Program-made: the position numbers and the translations under genes
Source: Eledone cirrhosa
Taxonomy: Eukaryota
Length of the DNA stretch: 64,000 nucleotides
Reading direction: 5' to 3'
NCBI GenBank assembly: GCA_964016885.1
Contig: OZ024758.1
Coordinates: 35,774,001-35,838,000 of the forward strand
Notes under the pieces: generated by a model
Database searches by the model: none
Seen by the model: only the letters and a program-made list of their open reading frames with translations
What the model was told of the DNA's origin: nothing
Shown: in pieces, positions 13,301-25,200 of the stretch
How the letters are laid out: every line of letters begins with the position of its first letter
Numbering within the stretch: the stretch's first letter is position 1

Positions 13301-16300
13301 GTTCATGGTATTAGCTGTCAGAAGTAACTCCACTGTTGGTGAGAATTCATTTAAGTCATGGTATTAGCTGTCAGAAGTAACTCCACTGTTGGTGAGAATT
13401 CATTTAAGTTCATGGTACTAGCTGTCTGAAGTAACTCCAATGTTGGTGAGAATTCATTTAAGTTCATGGTATTAGCTGTCAGAAGTAACTCCACTGTTGG
13501 TGAGAATTCATTTAAGTTCATGGTATTAGCTGTCAGAAGTAACTCCACTGTTGGTGAGAATTCATTTAAGTTCATGGTACTAGCTGTCCGAAGTAACTCC
13601 ACTGTTGGTGAGAATTCATTTAAGTTCATGGTATTAGTTTGTCAGAAGTAACTCCACTGTTGGTGAGAATTCATTTAAGTCATGGTATTAGTTGTCAGAA
13701 GTAACTCCAATGTTGGTGAGAATTCATTTAAGTTCATGGTATTAGCTGTCAGAAGGAACTCCACTGTTGGTGAGAATTCATTTAAGTTCATGGTATTAGC
13801 TGTCAGAAGGAACTCCAATGTTGGTGAGAATTCATTTAAGTCATGGTACTAGCTGTCAGAAGTAACTCCACTGTTGGTGAGAATTCATTTAAGTTCATGG
13901 TATTAGTTTGTCAGAAGTAACTCCACTGTTGGTGAGAATTCATTTAAGTGATGGTATTAGTTGTCAGAAGTAACTCCAATGTTGGTGAGAATTCATTTAA
14001 GTTCATGGTATTAGCTGTCAGAAGGAACTCCACTGTTGGTGAGAATTCATTTGAGTTCATGGTATTAGCTGTCAGAAGGAACTCCAATGTTGGTGAGAAT
14101 TCATTTAAGTCATGGTACTAGCTGTCAGAAGTCACTCCACTGTTGGTGAGAATTCATTTAAGTTCAGGGTATTAGCTGTCAGAAGTAACTCCACTGTTGG
14201 TGAGAATTCATTTAAGTTCATGGTACTAGCTGTCAGAAGTAACTCCAATGTTGGTGAGAATTCATTTAAGTTCATGGTATTAGCTGTCAGAAGGAACTCC
14301 ACTGTTGGTGAGAATTCATTTAAGTTCATGGTATTAGCTGTCAGAAGTAACTCCACTGTTGGTGAGAATTCATTTAAGTCATGGTATTAGCTGTCAGAAG
14401 TAACTCCATTGTTGGTGAGAATTCATTTAAGTTCATGGTACTAGCTGTCAGAAGTAACTCCACTGTTGGTGAGAATTCATTTAAGTTCATGGTATTAGCT
14501 GTCAGAAGTAACTCCACTGTTGGTGAGAATTCATTTAAGTCATGGTATTAGCTGTCAGAAGTAACTCCAATGTTGGTGAGAATTCATTTAAGTTCATGGT
14601 ATTAGCTGTCAGAAGTAACTCCACTGTTGGTGAGAATTCATTTAAGTTCATGGTATTAGCTGTCAGAAGTAACTTAACTGTTGGTGAGAATTCATTTAAG
14701 TTCATGGTACTAGCTGTCAGAAGTAACTCCACTGTTGGTGAGAATTCATTTAAGTTCATGGTATTAGTTTGTCAGAAGTAACTCCACTGTTGGTGAGAAT
14801 TCATTTAAGTCATGGTATTAGTTGTCAGAAGTAACTCCAATGTTGGTGAGAATTCATTTAAGTTCATGGTATTAGCTGTCAGAAGGAACGCCACTGTTGG
14901 TGAGAATTCATTTAAGTTCATGGTATTAGCTGTCAGAAGTAACTCCACTGTTGGTGAGAATTCATTTAAGTTCATGGTACTAGCTGTCAGAAGTAACTCC
15001 AATGTTGGGGAGAATTCATTTAAGTTCATGGTATTAGCTGTCAGAAGGAACTCCACTGTTGCTGAGAATTCATTTAAGTTCATGGTATTAGCTGTCAGAA
15101 GTAAGTCCACTGTTGGTGAGAATTCATTTAAGTTCATGGTACTAGCTGTCAGAAGTAACTCCACTGTTGGTGAGAATTCATTTAAGTTCATGGTATTAGC
15201 TGTCAGAAGTAACTCCACTGTTGGTGAGAATTCATTTAAGTTCATGGTATTAGCTGACAGAAGTCACTCCACTGTTGGTGAGAATTCATTTAAGTTCATG
15301 GTACTAGCTGTCAGAAGTAACTCCAATGTTGGTGAGAATTCATTTAAGTTTATGGTATTAGCTGTCAGAAGTAACTCCACTGTTGGTGAGAATTCATTTA
15401 AGTTCATGGTATTAGCTGTCAGAGGTAACTCCACTGTTGGTGAGAATTCATTTAAGTTCATGGTATTAGCTGTCAGAAGTAACTCCACTGTTGGTGAGAA
15501 TTCATTTAAGTTCATGGTACTAGCTGTCAGAAGTAACTCCAATGTTGGTGAGAATTCATTTAAGTTCATGGTATTAGCTGTCAGAAGTAACTCCACTGTT
15601 GGTGAGAATTCATTTAAGTCATGGTATTAGCTGTCAGAAGTAACTGCACAGTTGGTGAGAATTCATTTAAGTTCATGGTATTAGCTGTCAGAAGTAACTC
15701 CACTGTTGGTGAGAATTCATTTAAGTTCATGGTATTAGCTGTCAGAAGTAACTCCACTGTTGGTGAGAATTCATTTAAGTTCATGGTATTAGCTGTCAGA
15801 AGGAACTCCACTGTTGGTGAGAATTCATTTAAGTTCATGGTACTAGCTGTCAGAAGTAACTCCACTGTTGGTGAGAATTCATTTAAGTTCATGGTATTAG
15901 TTTGTCAGAAGTAACTCCACTGTTGGTGAGAATTCATTTAAGTCATGGTATTAGTTGTCAGAAGTAACTCCAATGTTGGTGAGAATTCATTTAAGCCATG
16001 GTACTAGCTGTCAGAAGTAACTCCAATGTTGGTGAGAATTCATTTAAGTTCATGTTATTATCTGTCAGAACGAACTCCACTGTTGGTGAGAATTCATTTA
16101 AGTTCATGGTATTAGCTGTCAGAAGTAACTCCACTGTTGGTGAGAATTCATTTAAGTTCATGGTACTAGCTGTCAGAAGTAACTCCAATGTTGGTGAGAA
16201 TTCATTTAAGTTCATGGTATTAGCTGTCAGAAGTAACTCCACTGTTGGTGAGAGTTCATTTAAGTCATGGTATTAGCTGTCAGAAGTAACTCCAATGTTG

Positions 16301-19300
16301 GTGAGAATTCATTTAAGTTCATGGTATTAGCTGTCAGAAGTAACTCCACTGTTGGTGAGAATTCATTTAAGTTCATGGTATTAGCTGTCAGAAGTAACTC
16401 CACTGTTGGTGAGAATTCATTTAAGTTCATGGTACTAGCTGTCAGAAGTAACTCCACTGTTGGTGAGAATTCATTTAAGTTCATGGTATTAGTTTGTCAG
16501 AAGTAACTCCACTGTTGGTGAGAATTCATTTAAGTCATGGTATTAGTTGTCAGAAGTAACTCCAATGTTGGTGAGAATTCATTTAAGTTCATGGTATTAG
16601 CTGTCAGAAGGAACTCCACTGTTGGTGAGAATTCATTTAAGTTCATGGTATTAGCTGTCAGAAGGAACTCCAATGTTGGTGAGAATTCATTTAAGTCATG
16701 GTACTAGCTGTCAGAAGTCACTCCACTGTTGGTGAGAATTCATTTAAGTTCATGGTATTAGCTGTCAGAAGTAACTCCACTGTTGGTGAGAATTCATTTA
16801 AGTTCATGGTACTAGCTGTCAGAAGTAACTCCAATGTTGGTGAGAATTCATTTAAGTTCATGGTATTAGCTGTCAGAAGGAACTCCACTGTTGGTGAGAA
16901 TTCATTTAAGTTCATGGTATTAGCTGTCAGAAGTAACTCCACTGTTGGTGAGAATTCATTTAAGTCATGGTATTAGCTGTCAGAAGTAACTCCATTGTTG
17001 GTGAGAATTCATTTAAGTCATGGTACTAGCTGTCAGAAGTAACTCCAATGTTGGTGAGAATTCATTTAAGTCATGGTACTAGCTGTCAGAAGTAACTCCA
17101 ATGTTGGTGAGAATTCATTTAAGTTCATGGTATTAGCTGTCAGAAGGAACTCCACTGTTGGTGAGAATTCATTTAAGTTCATGGTATTAGCTGTCAGAAG
17201 TAACTCCACTGTTGGTGAGAATTCATTTAAGTTCATGGTATTAGCTGTCATAAGTAACTCCACTGTTGGTGAGAATTCATTTAAGTTCATGGTACTAGCT
17301 GTCAGAAGTAACTCCAATGTTGGTGAGAATTCATTTAAGTTCATGGTATTAGCTGTCAGAAGTAACTCCACTGTTGGTGAGAATTCATTTAAGTCATGGT
17401 ATTAGCTGTCAGAAGTAACTCCAATGTTGGTGAGAATTCATTTAAGTTCATGGTATTAGCTGTCAGAAGTAACTCCACTGTTGGTGAGAATTCATTTAAG
17501 TTCATGGTATTAGCTGTCAGAAGTAACTCCACTGTTGGTGAGAATTCATTTAAGTTCATGGTACTAGCTGTCAGAAGTAACTCCACTGTTGGTGAGAATT
17601 CATTTAAGTTCATGGTATTAGTTTGTCAGAAGTAACCCCACTGTTGGTGAGAATTCATTCAAGTCATGGTATTAGTTGTCAGAAGTAACTCCAATGTTGG
17701 TGAGAATTCATTTAAGTTCATGGTACTAGCTGTCAGAAGTAAATCCACTGTTGGTGAGAATTCATTTAAGTTCATGGTATTAGCTGTCAGAAGTAACTCC
17801 ACTGTTGGTGAGAATTCATTTAAGTCATGGTATTAGCTGTCAGAAGTAACTCCACTGTTGGTGAGAATTCATTTAAGTTCATGGTACTAGCTGTCTGAAG
17901 TAACTCCAATGTTGGTGAGAATTCATTTAAGTTCATGGTATTAGCTGTCAGAAGTAACTCCACTGTTGGTGAGAATTCATTTAAGTTCATGGTATTAGCT
18001 GTCAGAAGTAACTCCACTGTTGGTGAGAATTCATTTAAGTTCATGGTACTAGCTGTCCGAAGTAACTCCACTGTTGGTGAGAATTCATTTAAGTTCATGG
18101 TATTAGTTTGTCAGAAGTAACTCCACTGTTGGTGAGAATTCATTTAAGTCATGGTATTAGTTGTCAGAAGTAACTCCAATGTTGGTGAGAATTCATTTAA
18201 GTTCATGGTATTAGCTGTCAGAAGGAACTCCACTGTTGGTGAGAATTCATTTAAGTTCATGGTATTAGCTGTCAGAAGGAACTCCAATGTTGGTGAGAAT
18301 TCATTTAAGTCATGGTACTAGCTGTCAGAAGTAACTCCACTGTTGGTGAGAATTCATTTAAGTTCATGGTATTAGTTTGTCAGAAGTAACTCCACTGTTG
18401 GTGAGAATTCATTTAAGTGATGGTATTAGTTGTCAGAAGTAACTCCAATGTTGGTGAGAATTCATTTAAGTTCATGGTATTAGCTGTCAGAAGGAACTCC
18501 ACTGTTGGTGAGAATTCATTTGAGTTCATGGTATTAGCTGTCAGAAGGAACTCCAATGTTGGTGAGAATTCATTTAAGTCATGGTACTAGCTGTCAGAAG
18601 TCACTCCACTGTTGGTGAGAATTCATTTAAGTTCAGGGTATTAGCTGTCAGAAGTAACTCCACTGTTGGTGAGAATTCATTTAAGTTCATGGTACTAGCT
18701 GTCAGAAGTAACTCCAATGTTGGTGAGAATTCATTTAAGTTCATGGTATTAGCTGTCAGAAGGAACTCCACTGTTGGTGAGAATTCATTTAAGTTCATGG
18801 TATTAGCTGTCAGAAGTAACTCCACTGTTGGTGAGAATTCATTTAAGTTCATGGTATTAGCTGTCAGAAGTAACTCCACTGTTGGTGAGAATTCATTTAA
18901 GTCATGGTATTAGCTGTCAGAAGTAACTCCATTGTTGGTGAGAATTCATTTAAGTTCATGGTACTAGCTGTCAGAAGTAACTCCACTGTTGGTGAGAATT
19001 CATTTAAGTTCATGGTATTAGCTGTCAGAAGTAACTCCACTGTTGGTGAGAATTCATTTAAGTCATGGTATTAGCTGTCAGAAGTAACTCCAATGTTGGT
19101 GAGAATTCATTTAAGTTCATGGTATTAGCTGTCAGAAGTAACTCCACTGTTGGTGAGAATTCATTTAAGTTCATGGTATTAGCTGTCAGAAGTAACTTAA
19201 CTGTTGGTGAGAATTCATTTAAGTTCATGGTACTAGCTGTCAGAAGTAACTCCACTGTTGGTGAGAATTCATTTAAGTTCATGGTATTAGTTTGTCAGAA

Positions 19301-19388
19301 GTAACTCCACTGTTGGTGAGAATTCATTTAAGTCATGGTATTAGTTGTCAGAAGTAACTCCAATGTTGGTGAGAATTCATTTAAGTTC
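10397..19388. repeat. Tandem higher-order duplication, period 4469 bp (about 83 monomers); the second copy has one extra monomer
   Basis: Identical ORF translations at +4469: 11152/15621, 11529/15998, 12229/16698, 12604/17073, 13466/17935. The pair 14112/18581 gains one monomer in the second copy, after which the offset is 4523 (14542/19065). Shared rare variants include AAGTCCAC, AGAGGTAAC, CTGCACAG, GTCATAAG, GTCTGAAG and AACTTAAC. Confidence 0.93.
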
Positions 19389-22187
19389 ATGGTATTAGCT
19401 GTCAGAAGGAACTCCACTGTTGGTGAGAATTCATTTAAGTTCATGGTATTAGCTGTCAGAAGTAACTCCACTGTTGGTGAGAATTCATTTAAGTTCATGG
19501 TACTAGCTGTCAGAAGTAACTCCAATGTTGGTGAGAATTCATTTAAGTTCATGTTATTAGCTGTCAGAAGGAACTCCACTGTTGGTGAGAATTCATTTAA
19601 GTCATGGTACTAGCTGTCAGAAGTAACTCCAATGTTGGTGAGAATTCATTTAAGTCATGGTACTAGCTGTCAGAAGTAACTCCAATGTTGGTGAGAATTC
19701 ATTTAAGTTCATGGTATTAGCTGTCAGAAGGAACTCCACTGTTGGTGAGAATTCATTTAAGTTCATGGTATTAGCTGTCAGAAGTAACTCCACTGTTGGT
19801 GAGAATTCATTTAAGTTCATGGTATTAGCTGTCATAAGTAACTCCACTGTTGGTGAGAATTCATTTAAGTTCATGGTACTAGCTGTCAGAAGTAACTCCA
19901 ATGTTGGTGAGAATTCATTTAAGTTCATGGTATTAGCTGTCAGAAGTAACTCCACTGTTGGTGAGAATTCATTTAAGTCATGGTATTAGCTGTCAGAAGT
20001 AACTCCAATGTTGGTGAGAATTCATTTAAGTTCATGGTATTAGCTGTCAGAAGTAACTCCACTGTTGGTGAGAATTCATTTAAGTTCATGGTATTAGCTG
20101 TCAGAAGTAACTCCACTGTTGGTGAGAATTCATTTAAGTTCATGGTACTAGCTGTCAGAAGTAACTCCACTGTTGGTGAGAATTCATTTAAGTTCATGGT
20201 ATTAGTTTGTCAGAAGTAACCCCACTGTTGGTGAGAATTCATTCAAGTCATGGTATTAGTTGTCAGAAGTAACTCCAATGTTGGTGAGAATTCATTTAAG
20301 TTCATGGTACTAGCTGTCAGAAGTAAATCCACTGTTGGTGAGAATTCATTTAAGTTCATGGTATTAGCTGTCAGAAGTAACTCCACTGTTGGTGAGAATT
20401 CATTTAAGTCATGGTATTAGCTGTCAGAAGTAACTCCACTGTTGGTGAGAATTCATTTAAGTTCATGGTACTAGCTGTCTGAAGTAACTCCAATGTTGGT
20501 GAGAATTCATTTAAGTTCATGGTATTAGCTGTCAGAAGTAACTCCACTGTTGGTGAGAATTCATTTAAGTTCATGGTATTAGCTGTCAGAAGTAACTCCA
20601 CTGTTGGTGAGAATTCATTTAAGTTCATGGTACTAGCTGTCCGAAGTAACTCCACTGTTGGTGAGAATTCATTTAAGTTCATGGTATTAGTTTGTCAGAA
20701 GTAACTCCACTGTTGGTGAGAATTCATTTAAGTCATGGTATTAGTTGTCAGAAGTAACTCCAATGTTGGTGAGAATTCATTTAAGTTCATGGTATTAGCT
20801 GTCAGAAGGAACTCCACTGTTGGTGAGAATTCATTTAAGTTCATGGTATTAGCTGTCAGAAGGAACTCCAATGTTGGTGAGAATTCATTTAAGTCATGGT
20901 ACTAGCTGTCAGAAGTAACTCCACTGTTGGTGAGAATTCATTTAAGTTCATGGTATTAGTTTGTCAGAAGTAACTCCACTGTTGGTGAGAATTCATTTAA
21001 GTGATGGTATTAGTTGTCAGAAGTAACTCCAATGTTGGTGAGAATTCATTTAAGTTCATGGTATTAGCTGTCAGAAGGAACTCCACTGTTGGTGAGAATT
21101 CATTTGAGTTCATGGTATTAGCTGTCAGAAGGAACTCCAATGTTGGTGAGAATTCATTTAAGTCATGGTACTAGCTGTCAGAAGTCACTCCACTGTTGGT
21201 GAGAATTCATTTAAGTTCAGGGTATTAGCTGTCAGAAGTAACTCCACTGTTGGTGAGAATTCATTTAAGTTCATGGTACTAGCTGTCAGAAGTAACTCCA
21301 ATGTTGGTGAGAATTCATTTAAGTTCATGGTATTAGCTGTCAGAAGGAACTCCACTGTTGGTGAGAATTCATTTAAGTTCATGGTATTAGCTGTCAGAAG
21401 TAACTCCACTGTTGGTGAGAATTCATTTAAGTTCATGGTATTAGCTGTCAGAAGTAACTCCACTGTTGGTGAGAATTCATTTAAGTCATGGTATTAGCTG
21501 TCAGAAGTAACTCCATTGTTGGTGAGAATTCATTTAAGTTCATGGTACTAGCTGTCAGAAGTAACTCCACTGTTGGTGAGAATTCATTTAAGTTCATGGT
21601 ATTAGCTGTCAGAAGTAACTCCACTGTTGGTGAGAATTCATTTAAGTCATGGTATTAGCTGTCAGAAGTAACTCCAATGTTGGTGAGAATTCATTTAAGT
21701 TCATGGTATTAGCTGTCAGAAGTAACTCCACTGTTGGTGAGAATTCATTTAAGTTCATGGTATTAGCTGTCAGAAGTAACTTAACTGTTGGTGAGAATTC
21801 ATTTAAGTTCATGGTACTAGCTGTCAGAAGTAACTCCACTGTTGGTGAGAATTCATTTAAGTTCATGGTATTAGTTTGTCAGAAGTAACTCCACTGTTGG
21901 TGAGAATTCATTTAAGTCATGGTATTAGTTGTCAGAAGTAACTCCAATGTTGGTGAGAATTCATTTAAGTTCATGGTATTAGCTGTCAGAAGGAACTCCA
22001 CTGTTGGTGAGAATTCATTTAAGTTCATGGTATTAGCTGTCAGAAGTAACTCCACTGTTGGTGAGAATTCATTTAAGTTCATGGTACTAGCTGTCAGAAG
22101 TAACTCCAATGTTGGTGAGAATTCATTTAAGTTCATGTTATTAGCTGTCAGAAGGAACTCCACTGTTGGTGAGAATTCATTTAAGTT
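17020..22187. repeat. Tandem higher-order duplication, period 2584 bp (about 48 monomers), overlapping the 4469-bp duplication
   Basis: Matching ORFs at +2584: 17073/19657, 17396/19980, 17935/20519, 18581/21165, 19065/21649, 19335/21919. Both copies carry the extra monomer that is absent from the ORF at 14112. Confidence 0.93.
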
Positions 22188-22295
22188 CATGGTATTAGCT
22201 GTCAGAAGTAACTCCACTGTTGGTGAGAATTCATTTAAGTCATGGTATTAGCTGTCAGAAGTAACTCCATTGTTGGTGAGAATTTATTTAAGTTC

Positions 22296-25200
22296 ATGGT
22301 ATTAGTTTGTCAGAAGTAACTCCACTGTTGGTGAGAATTCATTTTAGGCATGGTATTAGTTGTCAGAAGTAACTCCAATGTTGGTGAGAATTCATTTAAG
22401 TTCATGGTACTAGCTGTCAGAAGTAACTCCACTGTTGGTGAGAATTCATTTAAGTTCATGGTAATGGCTGTCAGAAGTAACTCCACTGTTGGTGAGAATT
22501 CATTTAAGTCATGGTATTAGCTGTCAGAAGTAACTCCAATGTTGGTGAGAATTCATTTAAGTCATGGTACTAGCTGTCAGAAGTAACTCCAATGTTGGTG
22601 AGAATTCATTTAAGTTCATGGTATTAGCTGTCAGAAGTAACTCCACTGTTGGTGAGAATTCATTTAAGTTCATGGTATTAGCTGTCAGAAGTAACTCCAC
22701 TGTTGGTGAGCATTCATTTAAGTCATGGTATTAGCTGTCAGAAGTAACTCCAATGTTGGTGAGAATTCATTTAAGTTCATGGTATTAGCTGTCAGAAGTC
22801 ACTCCACTGTTGGTGAGAATTCATTTAAGTTCATGGTACTAGCTGTCAGAAGTAACCCCAATGTTGGTGAGAATTCATTTAAGTTCATGGTATTAGCTGT
22901 CAGAAGTCACTCCAATGTTGGTGAGAATTCATTTAAGTTCATGGTATTAGCTGTCAGAAGTAACTCCACTGTTGGTAAGAATTCATTTAAGTTCATGGTA
23001 TTAGCTGTCAGAAGTAACTCCACTGTTGGTGAGAATTCATTTAAGTTCATGGTATTAGCTGTCAGAAGGAACGCCACTGTTGGTGAGAATTCATTTAAGT
23101 TCATGGTATTAGCTGTCAGAAGTAACTCCACTGTTGGTGAGAATTCATTTAAGTTCATGGTACTAGCTGTCAGAAGTAACTCCAATGTTGGTGAGAATTC
23201 ATTTAAGTTCATGGTATTAGCTGTCAGAAGGAACTCCACTGTTGCTGAGAAATCATTTAAGTTCATGGTATTAGCTGTCAGAAGTAACACCACTGTTGGT
23301 GAGAATTCATTTAAGTTCATGGTACTAGCTGTCAGAAGTAACTCCACTGTTGGTGAGAATTCATTTAAGTCATGGTATTAGCTGTCAGAAGTAACTCCAT
23401 TGTTGGTGAGAATTCATTTAAGTCATAGTACTAGCTGTCAGAAGTAACTCCAATGTTGGTGAGAATTCATTTAAGTTCATGTTATTAGCTGTCAGAAGGA
23501 ACTCCACTGTTGGTGAGAATTCATTTAAGTTCATGGTATTAGCTGTCAGAAGTAACTCCTCTGTTGGTGAGAATTCATTTAAGTTCATGGTATTAGCTGT
23601 CAGAAGTAACTCCACCGTTGGTGAGAATTCATTTAAGTTCATGGTACTAGCTGTCAGAAGTAACTCCAATGTTGGTGAGAATTCATTTAAGTTCATGGTA
23701 TTAGCTGTCAGAAGTAACTCCACTGTTGGTGAGAATTCATTTAAGTTCATGGTATTAGCTGTCAGAAGTAACTCCACTGTTGGTGAGAATTCATTTAAGT
23801 TCATGGTATTAGCTGTCAGAAGTAACTCCACTGTTGGTGAGAATTCATTTAAGTTCATGGTACTAGCTGTCAGAAGTAACTCCAATGTAGGTGAGAATTC
23901 ATTTAAGTTCATGGTATTAGCTGTCAGAAGTAACTCCACTGTTGGTGAGAATTCATTTAAGTCATGGTATTAGCTGTCAGAAGTAACTCCACTGTTGGTG
24001 AGAATTCATTTAAGTTCATGGTATTAGCTGTCAGAAGTAACTCCACTGTTGGTGAGAATTCATTTAAGTTCATGGTACTAGCTGTCAGAAGTAACTCCAA
24101 TGTTGGTGAGAATTCATTTAAGTTCATGGTATTAGCTGTCAGAAGTAACTCCACTGTTGGTGAGAATTTATTTAAGTTCATGGTATTAGTTTGTCAGAAG
24201 TAACTCCACTGTTGGTGAGAATTCATTTAAGTCATGGTATTAGTTGTCAGAAGTAACTCCAATGTTGGTGAGAATTCATTTAAGTTCATGGTACTAGCTG
24301 TCAGAAGTAACTCCACTGTTGGTGAGAATTCATTTAAGTTCATGGTAATAGCTGTCAGAAGTAACTCCACTGTTGGTGAGAATTCATTTAAGTCATGGTA
24401 TTAGCTGTCAGAAGTAACTCCAATGTTGGTGAGAATTCATTTAAGTCATGGTACTAGCTGTCAGAAGTAACTCCAATGTTGGTGAGAATTCATTTAAGTT
24501 CATGGTATTAGCTGTCAGAAGTAACTCCACTGTTGGTGAGAATTCATTTAAGTTCATGGTATTAGCTGTCAGAAGTAACTCCACTGTTGGTGAGCATTCA
24601 TTTAAGTAATGGTATTAGCTGTCAGAAGTAACTCCAATGTTGGTGAGAATTCATTTAAGTTCATGGTATTAGCTGTCAGAAGTCACTCCACTGTTGGTGA
24701 GAATTCATTTAAGTTCATGGTACTAGCTGTCAGAAGTAACCCCAATGTTGGTGAGAATTCATTTAAGTTCATGGTATTAGCTGTCAGAAGTCACTCCAAT
24801 GTTGGTGAGAATTCATTTAAGTTCATGGTATTAGCTGTCAGAAGTAACTCCACTGTTGGTAAGAATTCATTTAAGTTCATGGTATTAGCTGTCAGAAGTA
24901 ACTCCACTGTTGGTGAGAATTCATTTAAGTTCATGGTATTAGCTGTCAGAAGGAACGCCACTGTTGGTGAGAATTCATTTAAGTTCATGGTATTAGCTGT
25001 CAGAAGTAACTCCACTGTTGGTGAGAATTCATTTAAGTTCATGGTACTAGCTGTCAGAAGTAACTCCAATGTTGGTGAGAATTCATTTAAGTTCATGGTA
25101 TCAGCTGTCAGAAGGAACTCCACTGTTGCTGAGAATTCATTTAAGTTCATGGTATTAGCTGTCAGAAGTAACACCACTGTTGGTGAGAATTCATTTAAGT

